A stretch of DNA of 64,000 nt, taken from the IMG/VR virus record IMGVR_UViG_3300033463_000022, positions 22,542 to 86,541 of that record, one strand, 5' to 3'. Position 1 is the stretch's first letter; each line of letters opens with the position of its first letter. The position numbers and the translations under genes were made by a program. Of the stretch, positions 28,452 to 37,893 are shown one piece after another. This DNA is from a virus. Taxonomy: Duplodnaviria; Heunggongvirae; Uroviricota; Caudoviricetes. Below the pieces are notes generated by a model that saw only the letters and a list, made by a program, of their open reading frames with translations, had not been told where the DNA came from and ran no database searches.

Positions 28452-28964
28452 ATGACTCGTGAATTAAGAATTCTGGTAGGCGTGCCTGGAGTAGGAAAGT
28501 CTACTTGGGCGAAGCGTGAAGCGGCATGTCTCGATGCCGATGGATGGTCTACTGCTATCATCAGTCGCGACAAGATCCGTTTCCGCTTGCTCGACGAAAA
28601 TCCGACCGACGATTACTTTGCCTACGAGAATCAGGTATTCAAGGAGTTTGTTGACGAAATCAATGAATGCCTGTATCTTGGTGTTGATTACATATTTGCT
28701 GATGCCACTCACATCTCCTACAATTCGCGTGCTAAGCTGCTGCGTCAGTTGAAGATTGACCCCGACGTCGCGATTCGCTTCGATGTGTTCGACCTCCCTC
28801 TTGAAGTGGTACTTTATCGCAATAGTCTCCGTGAAGGGCGTGAATGCGTACCCGTCAAGGCTGTGAAGAACATGGTAGCTGCTTTTAAGACGCCCACTTT
28901 CCTCGAAACTGAAGATTGCGGCTTGAAGAATGACGTTTGTATTGTGAAGCACAGTAAGGAGTGA
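28452..28964 (+). CDS. polynucleotide 5'-kinase (T4 Pnk kinase-domain-like)
   Basis: P-loop ILVGVPGVGKSTWAK and CVPVKAVKNM parallel T4 Pnk GCPGSGKSTWA and VPIDVLRSM; RBS GGTGAGGATAAAG. Confidence 0.65.
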   Translation: MTRELRILVGVPGVGKSTWAKREAACLDADGWSTAIISRDKIRFRLLDENPTDDYFAYENQVFKEFVDEINECLYLGVDYIFADATHISYNSRAKLLRQLKIDPDVAIRFDVFDLPLEVVLYRNSLREGRECVPVKAVKNMVAAFKTPTFLETEDCGLKNDVCIVKHSKE

Positions 28965-28968
28965 AGCT

Positions 28969-29532
28969 ATGAATAAAATTTTTCTTACCTCAGATCTCCA
29001 TTTTATGCACGATCGGGAGTTCATCTGGGGTCCTCGCGGTTTCAAGAACGTTCAAGAAATGAACGAAGCGATCGTCAAGCGGGCCTGGGAAGTTATGGAA
29101 GCCAATGATGACCTCTATATTCTTGGCGACCTAATGCTCAAGGACGATGAAATGGGCTTAAAACTCATTAACCAGATGCCTGGCCGCAAGTTCATTGTCG
29201 CAGGGAACCACGATACCGATAGTCGAATTAATAAGTATATTGAACAGGTGTCTGGCCTCGAAGCGATTCAATACGCAATGAGACTTAAATACAACGGTTA
29301 TCACTTTTTTCTCACTCACTTTCCTTGTCTGACTGGCAATCTTGAACATGAATCCTTAAAGCAGACCACTTGTAACCTCTTCGGTCATACGCACTCGAAA
29401 GATAAGTTCTATCAAGATATCCCTTATATGTATAACGTAGCGGTTGACGCTCATGACTGCTATCCCGTCTCGATCGACGAGATTATTGAAGATATGGAAG
29501 CAAAAGTAAAAGAATGTAAGGAGATGCTTTGA
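28969..29532 (+). CDS. metallophosphoesterase (candidate 2',3'-phosphatase partner of the kinase)
   Basis: DLHFMHD, ILGDLM and GNHD motifs; directly downstream of the kinase. Confidence 0.6.
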   Translation: MNKIFLTSDLHFMHDREFIWGPRGFKNVQEMNEAIVKRAWEVMEANDDLYILGDLMLKDDEMGLKLINQMPGRKFIVAGNHDTDSRINKYIEQVSGLEAIQYAMRLKYNGYHFFLTHFPCLTGNLEHESLKQTTCNLFGHTHSKDKFYQDIPYMYNVAVDAHDCYPVSIDEIIEDMEAKVKECKEML

Positions 29533-29535
29533 ACA

Positions 29536-29892
29536 ATGAAGTGCATTAATTGCGGAGGCGCTCCCTGTGAGTTACATCATGTTGTTCCTCTCGCGCTTGG
29601 TGGAAATGACATACCATCTAATAAAGTTCCTCTGTGTAGTAAATGTCACGCCCTTATTCACAATCTTAATGCAGACAGAAGAGGAACCAACTGGCGTAAT
29701 CTACAAGCTGCTGGCATTCACAAAGCAAAAGAGCGTGGTGTTAAGTTTGGTAAGCCATGTAGTAAGAAGCCCGATAATTGGAATGACGTTATTTCTAAAT
29801 GGCAAGCAGGGGAGATCACAGCAGTAAAGGCTATGGAGCTTACCGGCATGACCAAAACAACCTTTTACAAGTATGTGAAGGTATGGAGGTAG
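29536..29892 (+). CDS. HNH endonuclease with C-terminal resolvase-type HTH
   Basis: CELHHVVPLALGG...CSKCH and ...TGMTKTTFYKY. Confidence 0.6.
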   Translation: MKCINCGGAPCELHHVVPLALGGNDIPSNKVPLCSKCHALIHNLNADRRGTNWRNLQAAGIHKAKERGVKFGKPCSKKPDNWNDVISKWQAGEITAVKAMELTGMTKTTFYKYVKVWR

Positions 29893-30006
29893 AATAATGC
29901 AGAAACAAATCAGAACAATCCAAGTCGCAGCCCTTGTTGCTTCAATTGCTATTGCGGTAATCTCACGAACGTGTTCAGAAATTCTTAAGGAGGATGAAGA
30001 GTAATA

Positions 30007-30228
30007 ATGAAGAAGTTTTTAGCAGTAATTATTGCTATTCTTTTAGCACTCTCTCTATCGGCATGCGGACCTGCTGAAAACACCGCTTTGAATGGAAGTG
30101 AAGATCTTTCATTCAATACAGGAGCTCCTTGTGTGGCGTATGTTCTCCATGATTCAAAATATAATAAAGACTACATTGTAGTCCGTTTATATGACAATAG
30201 CGTTGCTATTACACCAAGATTAAAGTGA
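30007..30228 (+). CDS. lipoprotein (73 aa)
   Basis: Signal peptide plus lipobox LSLSAC. Confidence 0.5.
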   Translation: MKKFLAVIIAILLALSLSACGPAENTALNGSEDLSFNTGAPCVAYVLHDSKYNKDYIVVRLYDNSVAITPRLK

Positions 30229-30242
30229 AAGGAAAATGATGA

Positions 30243-31526
30243 ATGACACCTATTTACAATGCACGCAAAGAACTTGGCTGGAAGAAGACAGTACTTACGA
30301 GTCTCAACCACCTACTCGCCATGTTCGGCGCTACGATTCTAGTTCCAATCCTTGTACAATCATACGGCTTGCCCCTTTCAATATCTACTGCCCTCTTTAT
30401 GTCAGGAATTGGGACTCTACTCTTTCACCTGTTTACCAAGTTTAAAGTCCCCGCCTATCTCGGCTCTAGCTTCGCCTATCTCGGCGGTTTCGCAACAATA
30501 GCAGGAATGTATGAGGGTGTAGATCCTCAGACCAAGTTAGCCTATGCTTGCGGCGGCATCGTAATGGCTGGTCTAATCTACCTTGTCCTTGCAGGTATTG
30601 TGTATAAAGTGGGCGCAGATAAGGTAATGAAATACCTGCCTCCTGTGGTTACAGGTCCGGTAATTATTCTAATTGGCTTGACTTTAGCGCCGAGTGCTGT
30701 AACGAATGCGGCAATGTGTTGGCCCCTGGCTCTTACTGCCCTTGCCATTATCGTAATCTGTAATATTTATGGGCGAGGTATGGTAAAGATTATGCCTATC
30801 CTTTTAGGTGTAGCTGGTGCGTATATCGCTGCAATGATAGCGCAATACTTCGGAGTAACCAATGTTGATGGAAGTCCTCTGATTACACTTGCGGCAGCCG
30901 CCTCTCCGGTCGGTTTGCCAGACTTCGTGCTCGCCAAGTTCGACATTTCCGCAATTCTCGTAATGGCGCCCATCGCTCTAGCTAGCATGATGGAACACAT
31001 TGGAGATATTAGCTCTATCTCTGCGACAATTGACCGCCCCTTGCTCAGCGATCCCGGCCTACATCGTACACTCATGGGTGACGGATTGGCAACTTCCCTC
31101 GCCGGTCTTTTTGGCGGACCCGCAAACACCACCTATGGCGAAAATACTGGCGTTCTCGTTCTCAGTAAGGTTTATGACCCCTTCGTAGTGGAGCTTGCGG
31201 CGATATTTGCCATGCTCATAGGATTCCTGCCACCGGTCGCCGCAATTATAGGTTCTATTCCTACCGCAGTCATTGGTGGTATCTCCTTCATCCTTTATGG
31301 TATGATCTCTGCTATTGGTGTCCGTAACCTAGTAGAAAGCAAGACGGATCTAAAGGATTCTCGCAACCTTATTATAATTGCCGCTATCTTTGTGTGCGGA
31401 CTCGGGTTTACTAATGGCCTCACATTTAGCATCGGTTCTACTCCGATCACGCTTACTGGGCTCGCTATAGCGGCGGCCGCAGGCACTATTCTAAATGCGG
31501 TTTTACCTAACGAACATAATAATTAA
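30243..31526 (+). CDS. NCS2-family nucleobase (xanthine/uracil) permease
   Basis: Twelve or more TM segments, typical NCS2 layout; GC-rich. Confidence 0.7.
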   Translation: MTPIYNARKELGWKKTVLTSLNHLLAMFGATILVPILVQSYGLPLSISTALFMSGIGTLLFHLFTKFKVPAYLGSSFAYLGGFATIAGMYEGVDPQTKLAYACGGIVMAGLIYLVLAGIVYKVGADKVMKYLPPVVTGPVIILIGLTLAPSAVTNAAMCWPLALTALAIIVICNIYGRGMVKIMPILLGVAGAYIAAMIAQYFGVTNVDGSPLITLAAAASPVGLPDFVLAKFDISAILVMAPIALASMMEHIGDISSISATIDRPLLSDPGLHRTLMGDGLATSLAGLFGGPANTTYGENTGVLVLSKVYDPFVVELAAIFAMLIGFLPPVAAIIGSIPTAVIGGISFILYGMISAIGVRNLVESKTDLKDSRNLIIIAAIFVCGLGFTNGLTFSIGSTPITLTGLAIAAAAGTILNAVLPNEHNN

Positions 31527-31537
31527 GGAGAAAACAA

Positions 31538-32482
31538 ATGATTGGTGTTATTATCTTCTTCGCGGTTCTCGCTATTGCACTCAATATCACCTTTGGTATT
31601 CTGAGTAAGGAAAAGCCGTCTATGGACGACTATGATAAGCGGCTGTGCCACAAGTTCAAGCGCATTCGTTGGATTGCCACTATTGTTCCTACGGTCTTAA
31701 TGGTTTTAATTATCGCTTTTGCCGGTATCAAGATCATCGACTCCACCACCGTTGGCGTCGTAAAGACTTTCGGCAAGATTGACCACAGTATTTCTGGCGG
31801 TCTGAATTTTGTCAATCCGATTACCGACACAGTTACGACATATGACTTGAAGGTCCAGGCTCATGAAGCTTCCTTCTCGTCTTACACTAAAGATGCCCAG
31901 CCCGTCACCGGCGCCATTGAAGTTCAGTATTCTCTGAACCCCGCGTACATCCTTGATATCGCGCAGGAATACGGTACAATCGAGCAGCTTCAGGCGAAGC
32001 TCGGCAATACCATCGAAGAGCGTACGAAAATCGTCTTTGCTCGATATGGTGCGATGACGCTGCTGGAAAACCGCTCTAGCCTGTCCGCAGAAGTCACGGC
32101 AGAGGTTAAGCAGCTTGAAGAGCAGTTTAACGTAAAGTTCAACCAGGTTATCGTCCGCGATATCGACTTCTCTGATGCGTTCGAAGCTTCTGTTGAAGCT
32201 AAGATGGAAGCGGAGCAGGCTGCTCTGAAGGCCGAGCAGGAAAAGAAGACCGCAGTTATTAAGGCTGAGCAGGAGCAGGAAGTCGCTCGTATTGCTGCTC
32301 AGGCAAAAATTGCCGCCGCTGAAGGCGAAGCCCAAGCTTTGAAGATTACGCAGGAAGCTTTGGAGCAGATGCCCGAGAAGTGGATTCAGCAGATGTACCT
32401 CGAAAAGTGGGATGGCAAACTGCCCACCTACATGGTTGGCGATGGCACTAGCATTATGCTTACGCCTTCTCTTGGAGAGTAA
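31538..32482 (+). CDS. SPFH/band-7 (prohibitin/HflK-like) membrane protein
   Basis: N-terminal TM helix, SPFH core and C-terminal AEQ-rich coiled coil. Confidence 0.7.
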   Translation: MIGVIIFFAVLAIALNITFGILSKEKPSMDDYDKRLCHKFKRIRWIATIVPTVLMVLIIAFAGIKIIDSTTVGVVKTFGKIDHSISGGLNFVNPITDTVTTYDLKVQAHEASFSSYTKDAQPVTGAIEVQYSLNPAYILDIAQEYGTIEQLQAKLGNTIEERTKIVFARYGAMTLLENRSSLSAEVTAEVKQLEEQFNVKFNQVIVRDIDFSDAFEASVEAKMEAEQAALKAEQEKKTAVIKAEQEQEVARIAAQAKIAAAEGEAQALKITQEALEQMPEKWIQQMYLEKWDGKLPTYMVGDGTSIMLTPSLGE

Positions 32483-32497
32483 TATAATATAAATATT

Positions 32498-32531
32498 AAC
32501 CCCTCGGGATTAATCCCGAGGGGTTTTCTTA
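32498..32531 (+). terminator. intrinsic terminator (AACCCCTCGGG-ATTAA-TCCCGAGGGGTT plus T-run)
   Basis: 11-bp perfect hairpin followed by TTTTCTT. Confidence 0.65.
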
Positions 32532-32540
32532 TACCCAGAA

Positions 32541-32588
32541 ACCGCGAACGGCCGAGTTCCCAGTTTTCACACGCCACCAAATTTTTTC
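32541..32588 (+). promoter_or_regulatory. conserved GC-rich element ACCGCGAACGGCCGAGTTCCC...CCACCAAATTTTTTC (copy 2 of 2)
   Basis: See 6247..6292. Confidence 0.45.
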
Positions 32589-32672
32589 ATCAAATCCCTA
32601 ATAAAGTTGCTTTTTCTAAAAACTTATGTTATACTCAAATAAAAGAAATAATAAAGGAGACTTGAAACAAAA

Positions 32673-33151
32673 TGAGTGTCATTGCAGCTATCTACAATGC
32701 CCCCATTGTAGGTAAGGCAGTTCTACCCGAGGCTGGCGAAGTAAGCATCATTATTCAGTATCGTGGCCGCATATACTAGGGTGTTGCGCTCCTCCACCCC
32801 GAAGACAAAGACTTCTTTTCCGAAAAAGTGGGAAGCAATATCGCATTAGCCCGCGCTCGTATTGAAGCTCTATAGGATGCACTATATGATACATAGGCAG
32901 AAGCACAAATAAAACAACAAATGCTCTATGAAGTTATGCGTTTTGGGAAATATCAAAATCAAAATGATACATATGACCCTACTCAAATGTTTCGTCAAAA
33001 CGCCAATCGTGCTTTGCAACGAGTAAAAGCCCTTCAATCTGCTCTTGCTCAAGAGCGTGCGCACCTTAAAAATTATCTTTTTAACCACGGAAAAGCGATA
33101 CAATCATTCAAAATACATAGGGCAGAGCCAAAGGACGAAACTGAACAATAA
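32673..33151 (+). CDS. hypothetical protein (159 codons, 3 TAG)
   Basis: RBS AAAGGAGACTTG; frame open through TAGs at 32775, 32868 and 32895. Confidence 0.5.
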
Positions 33152-33191
33152 AATACCTCTAATTTTCAAATAAGGTTAGAGGTGGTAAATT

Positions 33192-33443
33192 ATGGACAAC
33201 TTACTTACCGGCTATCTATTTACTATCATAGCACTTTCTCTAGCTGATGGAGTTAGTGGTATAGTTAGTGCTGCGGCAGAAAATCTTAAAGCCACAATAA
33301 ATCTTAGCACTGCAAAGAAACAAATCGAAATACAAAAACTTGCAGATGCTCAAGAGCAGAATGGCGGCATGAGCCGCGCCGTAGGATTTGCAATTCCAGA
33401 AGAAGAGGATGATGAAGAAGATGAATTTGAAGACTAGCCCTGA
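33192..33443 (+). CDS. small membrane protein with acidic C-terminus (possible holin-like), 83 codons, 1 TAG
   Basis: One TM helix then EEEDDEEDEFED-Q-P. Confidence 0.4.
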
Positions 33444-34683
33444 CATAAGATTCTACGATACTTGTTCACTATTGTTGGCAGGAGAATAGTTATTTGAGCG
33501 GGGAGAAAAATTCTTAGTATCTTCCATTACATTCTCTGAGCTTGAAAGAATAAAGACAGCCAATAATAAAGATGCTGATGTAAAATACTCAGCACGCTTA
33601 TTACAACGTCTCTTTGAGAAATATCCAGACAACTATACTTTAGTTATTCACACCATTGATAACGAAAATTGGATACGAGAAAACGAGCTAGAAATTACTG
33701 ATGACACAAAGATACTATCTGATGCTATTGCTTATGATGCAGCATTGCGCCCAGACGAAGTAATATTTGTTACCAATGACCTAGCTCTCAAGCATATTGC
33801 GAATCTCTACTTTGGAGATGGTATGATTGAGAGTATTCCAGAAGAGAAGGATGATTATACTGGATATCTGGAAGTCGTCGCTAATGATGAAATGCTTACC
33901 AATTTCTATCAAGATATTAAAAAGAATTGGTGGGATTTAAAAGTAGGGCAGTATCTTATCATAAAGAACCCCGAAGGCGAAGTTATTGATACTCGATGCT
34001 GGACAGGCGAAGAATATCGGTATTTGAAATACGAGAACTTTAACTCTAAAGATTTTGGTAAAGTCAAACCATATGACATTTATCAGAAACTTTTATTTGA
34101 TAGCCTTTCTAATAATATTATAACTATGGTAAAGGGACCGGCCGGCTCCGGAAAAACAATCGCAAGTCTCGGCTACTTAATGAGCAAGCTGGAAAGACAT
34201 GAAATTGATAGAATTATTGTCTTCTGCAATACTGTTGCAACAGCAGACGCCGCAAGACTCGGATTTCTACCTGGAACAAGAGACGAAAAGCTTTTGGATT
34301 CACAAATTGGAAATCTTCTTATTAGTAAGTTTGGAGATCGCATCGCGGTTGAAGAACTAATGAATGAAGGAAAGCTAGTATTACTGCCCTTCTCAGACCT
34401 TCGTGGCTACGACACAACTGGTATGCGCGCAGGTATTTATATTTCAGAGGCTCAAAATTTAAGCCGTAGCCTAATGAAACTAGCTCTACAACGTGTTGGA
34501 AATGACTGCATATGCATTATAGATGGCGACGTCAAGAGCCAAGTAGACTCTATAGCGTTTGCAGGAGAAAATAATGGTATGCGACGTGCTTCCAAGGTTT
34601 ATAGAGGACATAACGTATATGGTGAAGTTACATTAAAGAATATCTATAGAAGCGAGATAGCTAAGATAGCAGAAGAGATATAA
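33421..34683 (+). CDS. PhoH-like ATPase with N-terminal PIN domain (YlaK-type), 420 codons, 1 TAG
   Basis: PIN N-terminus IRFYDTCSLLLAGEQ...; Walker A MVKGPAGSGKT. Confidence 0.75.
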
Positions 34684-34688
34684 TATTT

Positions 34689-34727
34689 TAAAGCCCGCTC
34701 TTAAGAGCGGGCTTTATTTTTTTATTT
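34689..34727 (+). terminator. intrinsic terminator (AAGCCCGCTC-TTAA-GAGCGGGCTT plus T-run)
   Basis: 10-bp hairpin plus TATTTTTTTATTTTT. Confidence 0.75.
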
Positions 34728-34803
34728 TTATATGTTATAATAAATAATAAAAAAGAATAGGAAAATTAAAAAGTAATTATTATAGCTTAAAGCGGGGGAT
34801 AGC

Positions 34804-35004
34804 ATGGAACTTACAAAGTATTTTGTTGCCGTTGGTTTTACCGGAAACGGATCGCTAGGATTCAACGTAGAAACTGGAAGTGAAGAAATGGCAAAACTTA
34901 TAGTCTTACAAGACTATTTGCCTAAAGAGCTTCTCGATATGATTGAGAATATTATAGTTGTTCCTCAGTATCGAATTGATATTTTAGAGAAAAAGGAGAG
35001 ATAG
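34804..35004 (+). CDS. hypothetical protein (66 aa)
   Basis: ORF with GGGGGA RBS. Confidence 0.4.
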   Translation: MELTKYFVAVGFTGNGSLGFNVETGSEEMAKLIVLQDYLPKELLDMIENIIVVPQYRIDILEKKER

Positions 35005-35005
35005 C

Positions 35006-35314
35006 ATGAGCGTACTGATAAAAGGCATGGATATGCCGAAAAGCTGTGAGGAATGCCCCTTTGAAAATCGTAAGTATAACCTCAGTTTTTGCGTGGCAGG
35101 CGCTTATAAAATTCCCACCTGGGATAATCGCCGTCTTAAGGGTAGAAATCCTGATTGCCCGTTAGTAGAAGTCGAAGCGCCGCACAGCGATTTGGTTGAC
35201 CGTGACGCGCTATTAGAAGAATGGCCAAGCGGCGGTTGTGGTAGCAGGGAATGGGTTGAAACTATTAGAGAATCTATAAAACTTGCTACAACAGTGATTA
35301 CAGCGGAGGAATGA
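35006..35314 (+). CDS. Cys-rich hypothetical protein (paralogue A)
   Basis: MP(K/R)SC..C...C...D.CPLVE..PH..L.D.DA pattern shared with the next ORF. Confidence 0.45.
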   Translation: MSVLIKGMDMPKSCEECPFENRKYNLSFCVAGAYKIPTWDNRRLKGRNPDCPLVEVEAPHSDLVDRDALLEEWPSGGCGSREWVETIRESIKLATTVITAEE

Positions 35315-35598
35315 GCATGGGCGTGTATAATCCGTGGGCTGAAATGCCGCGAAGCTGTGTTGTATGCGATTACCGAGATAAATGCCCGCTATTCAGCCAA
35401 AACTTTTATGGGCTTTCATCGTACAAGCATGACAGTTGCCCGTTGGTCGAAACCCCCGTACCGCATGGGCGGCTGATTGATGCGGACGCGATATTGAACG
35501 AATCAGGCAATTATATTGAGTTGTATGGTCACGACAAACTTTACCACGAAACGATATTGCAGAACGCGTCCACGGTAATTGGAGCGGAGGATGAATGA
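35311..35598 (+). CDS. Cys-rich hypothetical protein (paralogue B)
   Basis: Tandem paralogue of 35006..35314. Confidence 0.45.
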   Translation: MSMGVYNPWAEMPRSCVVCDYRDKCPLFSQNFYGLSSYKHDSCPLVETPVPHGRLIDADAILNESGNYIELYGHDKLYHETILQNASTVIGAEDE

Positions 35599-36306
35599 AT
35601 GAAATGGACAGATATACTACCTCAAGAAGCTATAGTTAAAATGAAAGAGTTGGCAAATCGCGCAGAAGAAGAGCGAAAGAAGGGCAAAATTATATGCCCT
35701 TCTCAAGAAAATATTTTTCGTGCTTTACAATTAACACCACCAGACAGAATTAAAGTCTGCATCATCGGACAAGATCCTTATCATTCTGGAATAGATGTCG
35801 CTAATGGTCTCGCATTCTCTGTCGCGCCTAAAAACCCCCTCCAGCCGAGCCTTCGCAATATCTTCAAAGAACTTAGAAGCGATATTGGGTGCGGCGTCCC
35901 GGCCTGTGGTGACCTCACACCATGGGCTGAACGTGGTGTACTCTTACTTAATACTGTTCTTACAGTCGAGGCTCATAAAGCCAATAGCCACGCAGACTGG
36001 GGGTGGCAAGAGTTTACTAGCGAGGTTTTTAGAGTATGTTCATTCTTGCCTCAGCCTATCGTATTTATTGCGTGGGGCAAGAGTGCTCAAGACATTGTAT
36101 GGAGATTTTTCCCACCTGGAACGGGATGGGAGGCGCTTATGAGCAACCGCCGCAAGGCTTGTATTTTTAGCACCCATCCATCTCCTTTTAGCGCCACAAG
36201 AGCTTCCTCAACTGCACCTGCTTTTGTTGGTAGTAAGCCGTTTTCGACAGCTAATAGATGTTTGGAGAAGATGGGCGCAGAACCTATAGATTGGAGTTTA
36301 CCGTAA
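35599..36306 (+). CDS. ung: uracil-DNA glycosylase (family 1, Ung)
   Basis: CIIGQDPYHSG...ANGLAFSV water-activating and Pro-rich loops; HPSP motif near the C-terminus. Confidence 0.8.
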   Translation: MKWTDILPQEAIVKMKELANRAEEERKKGKIICPSQENIFRALQLTPPDRIKVCIIGQDPYHSGIDVANGLAFSVAPKNPLQPSLRNIFKELRSDIGCGVPACGDLTPWAERGVLLLNTVLTVEAHKANSHADWGWQEFTSEVFRVCSFLPQPIVFIAWGKSAQDIVWRFFPPGTGWEALMSNRRKACIFSTHPSPFSATRASSTAPAFVGSKPFSTANRCLEKMGAEPIDWSLP

Positions 36307-36635
36307 TGGAAGAACAATTTATTTCTAAAACACGATTGCTGAAAGCTATTGAGAAGAGTCGATTCGACAATCCACATAATGATCCAAAAGTTCGAGCTAA
36401 TCATGATTATGAACATGACCACTTTTCTTATATGGTTCTTAACACACCAAATGCCGATGTGCGGCCTGTGGTTCATGCGCGGTGGATTGAAAACGAAGAC
36501 AGCTACGCAGAACCGCCGAAAGAGCAGAACATGACTTGCTCAAATTGCGGTCAACGCAGTAACCGCCCTGTTGGAAACTTTTGCAGATGGTGCGGCGCGG
36601 ATATGCGGGAGGTGACCCCTGATGACCAGAGATAA
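36306..36635 (+). CDS. hypothetical Zn-ribbon protein (109 aa)
   Basis: CSNCG...CRWCG. Confidence 0.45.
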   Translation: MEEQFISKTRLLKAIEKSRFDNPHNDPKVRANHDYEHDHFSYMVLNTPNADVRPVVHARWIENEDSYAEPPKEQNMTCSNCGQRSNRPVGNFCRWCGADMREVTPDDQR

Positions 36636-36775
36636 ACTCGTCAGAGCTGTCGATGCTATTGAAGATTTAATGATCGACACTGGCAAAGGCACGACTCGCA
36701 TTGATAGAATTATCTGGTGGGCTTGTAAATCTATCTGGCCGACATTACAGAAGGAATTGAGGAGAAAGGAAGAAA

Positions 36776-37216
36776 ATGAAGTTTCTACATGAATATTCAC
36801 ATTACCCAAACGGTCAAGTTATAGAAAATGGTTATTGGGCGATAGAAGGGGATCGCCTGGTAAATTCCTGCGGTGGTTGGCACCCTTATACCCCTAGCCC
36901 AGATGACGAAATTATTGATAGCGATTGGGACACAATCGAGAAATTATATGCCAAATCAAAGATTAATAATGACGCTACGACAGGGTGGATTGCTCCAGAC
37001 GGAACATTCTATGGCTGTGATTATAGGAGCCATGGATGGATAGCACGATATCTTGACATGACGGAACGAGAAATGGAAATACATGGTTATGTAAAGATAT
37101 TTGATGTTTTCCCAAACTCCTATGATGGCGTAAAATATGGATATTGGTGTGAGAAGCACCTTACCGAAGCTCAAAAGAAAGTTCTTGAGCAGAAAGGAAT
37201 TGTGATATTTGAATGA
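36776..37216 (+). CDS. hypothetical protein (146 aa)
   Basis: ORF with GAAAGGAAG RBS. Confidence 0.45.
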   Translation: MKFLHEYSHYPNGQVIENGYWAIEGDRLVNSCGGWHPYTPSPDDEIIDSDWDTIEKLYAKSKINNDATTGWIAPDGTFYGCDYRSHGWIARYLDMTEREMEIHGYVKIFDVFPNSYDGVKYGYWCEKHLTEAQKKVLEQKGIVIFE

Positions 37217-37635
37217 GACTATGGCACGAAGCATTACTTCCGTATCTTCCTCGGCAACAATTATTGGGCCAGCATAGGGAAGTATGCGCACTCAGGGGCA
37301 GAGGCTGGGGTCGCAATCACTCGGTTGTAAATTATGTCTTTGAGCATCCTAAAGAGTGGCTCTGGGCCTACCATATGAGAGTAATGAGCGAGATGCTTAA
37401 TCGAGGTTATCATCCTGATATGAAGTGGGCAGATATGAGATATCAAGGAGAATCATTGCCACTAAGAGATATCGTTGATGGTGCTGAAGAGGTTGATATG
37501 GCTGGAATGACAGAAAAGCTCGAATCTGGCGATTATATTTACCCCGAGCATGATGATGCGTACCTTGAAGAGTGCTTAAAGAATCTTGAAGGTAAAGGAA
37601 TTTATTTAAGAGAACAGGTCGATAAAAATGACTGA
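37213..37635 (+). CDS. hypothetical protein (140 aa)
   Basis: Translationally coupled ORF. Confidence 0.4.
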   Translation: MRLWHEALLPYLPRQQLLGQHREVCALRGRGWGRNHSVVNYVFEHPKEWLWAYHMRVMSEMLNRGYHPDMKWADMRYQGESLPLRDIVDGAEEVDMAGMTEKLESGDYIYPEHDDAYLEECLKNLEGKGIYLREQVDKND

Positions 37636-37893
37636 TGTTGAAGTTCTACAACGAGAACTTGAATGTGTCAAGCGCCAACAATGCGACAGAGACTGTTTTC
37701 ACTGCGACCTTGTTATGGAGGAGCAAGATATCATTCGAGCACTTACACACGCTATCAATGTTTTAACGCTAGATGTTTGAACATCTAGCGTTTTTATTAG
37801 CTGTAGCTTGATTTTATTATAAAAATAAGGTATAATATATATATATAATAGAAAAAAGTGAATGAAAACTTTAACAAAAGGAGGTTATAACTC

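Noticed and set aside
27474-32335. Several 190 to 210-aa minus-strand ORFs (27474..28070, 28464..29045, 31706..32335)
   Set aside because: Each lies opposite a + strand gene with clear motifs (phosphoesterase, Pnk-like kinase, SPFH). The whole window is otherwise strictly unidirectional.
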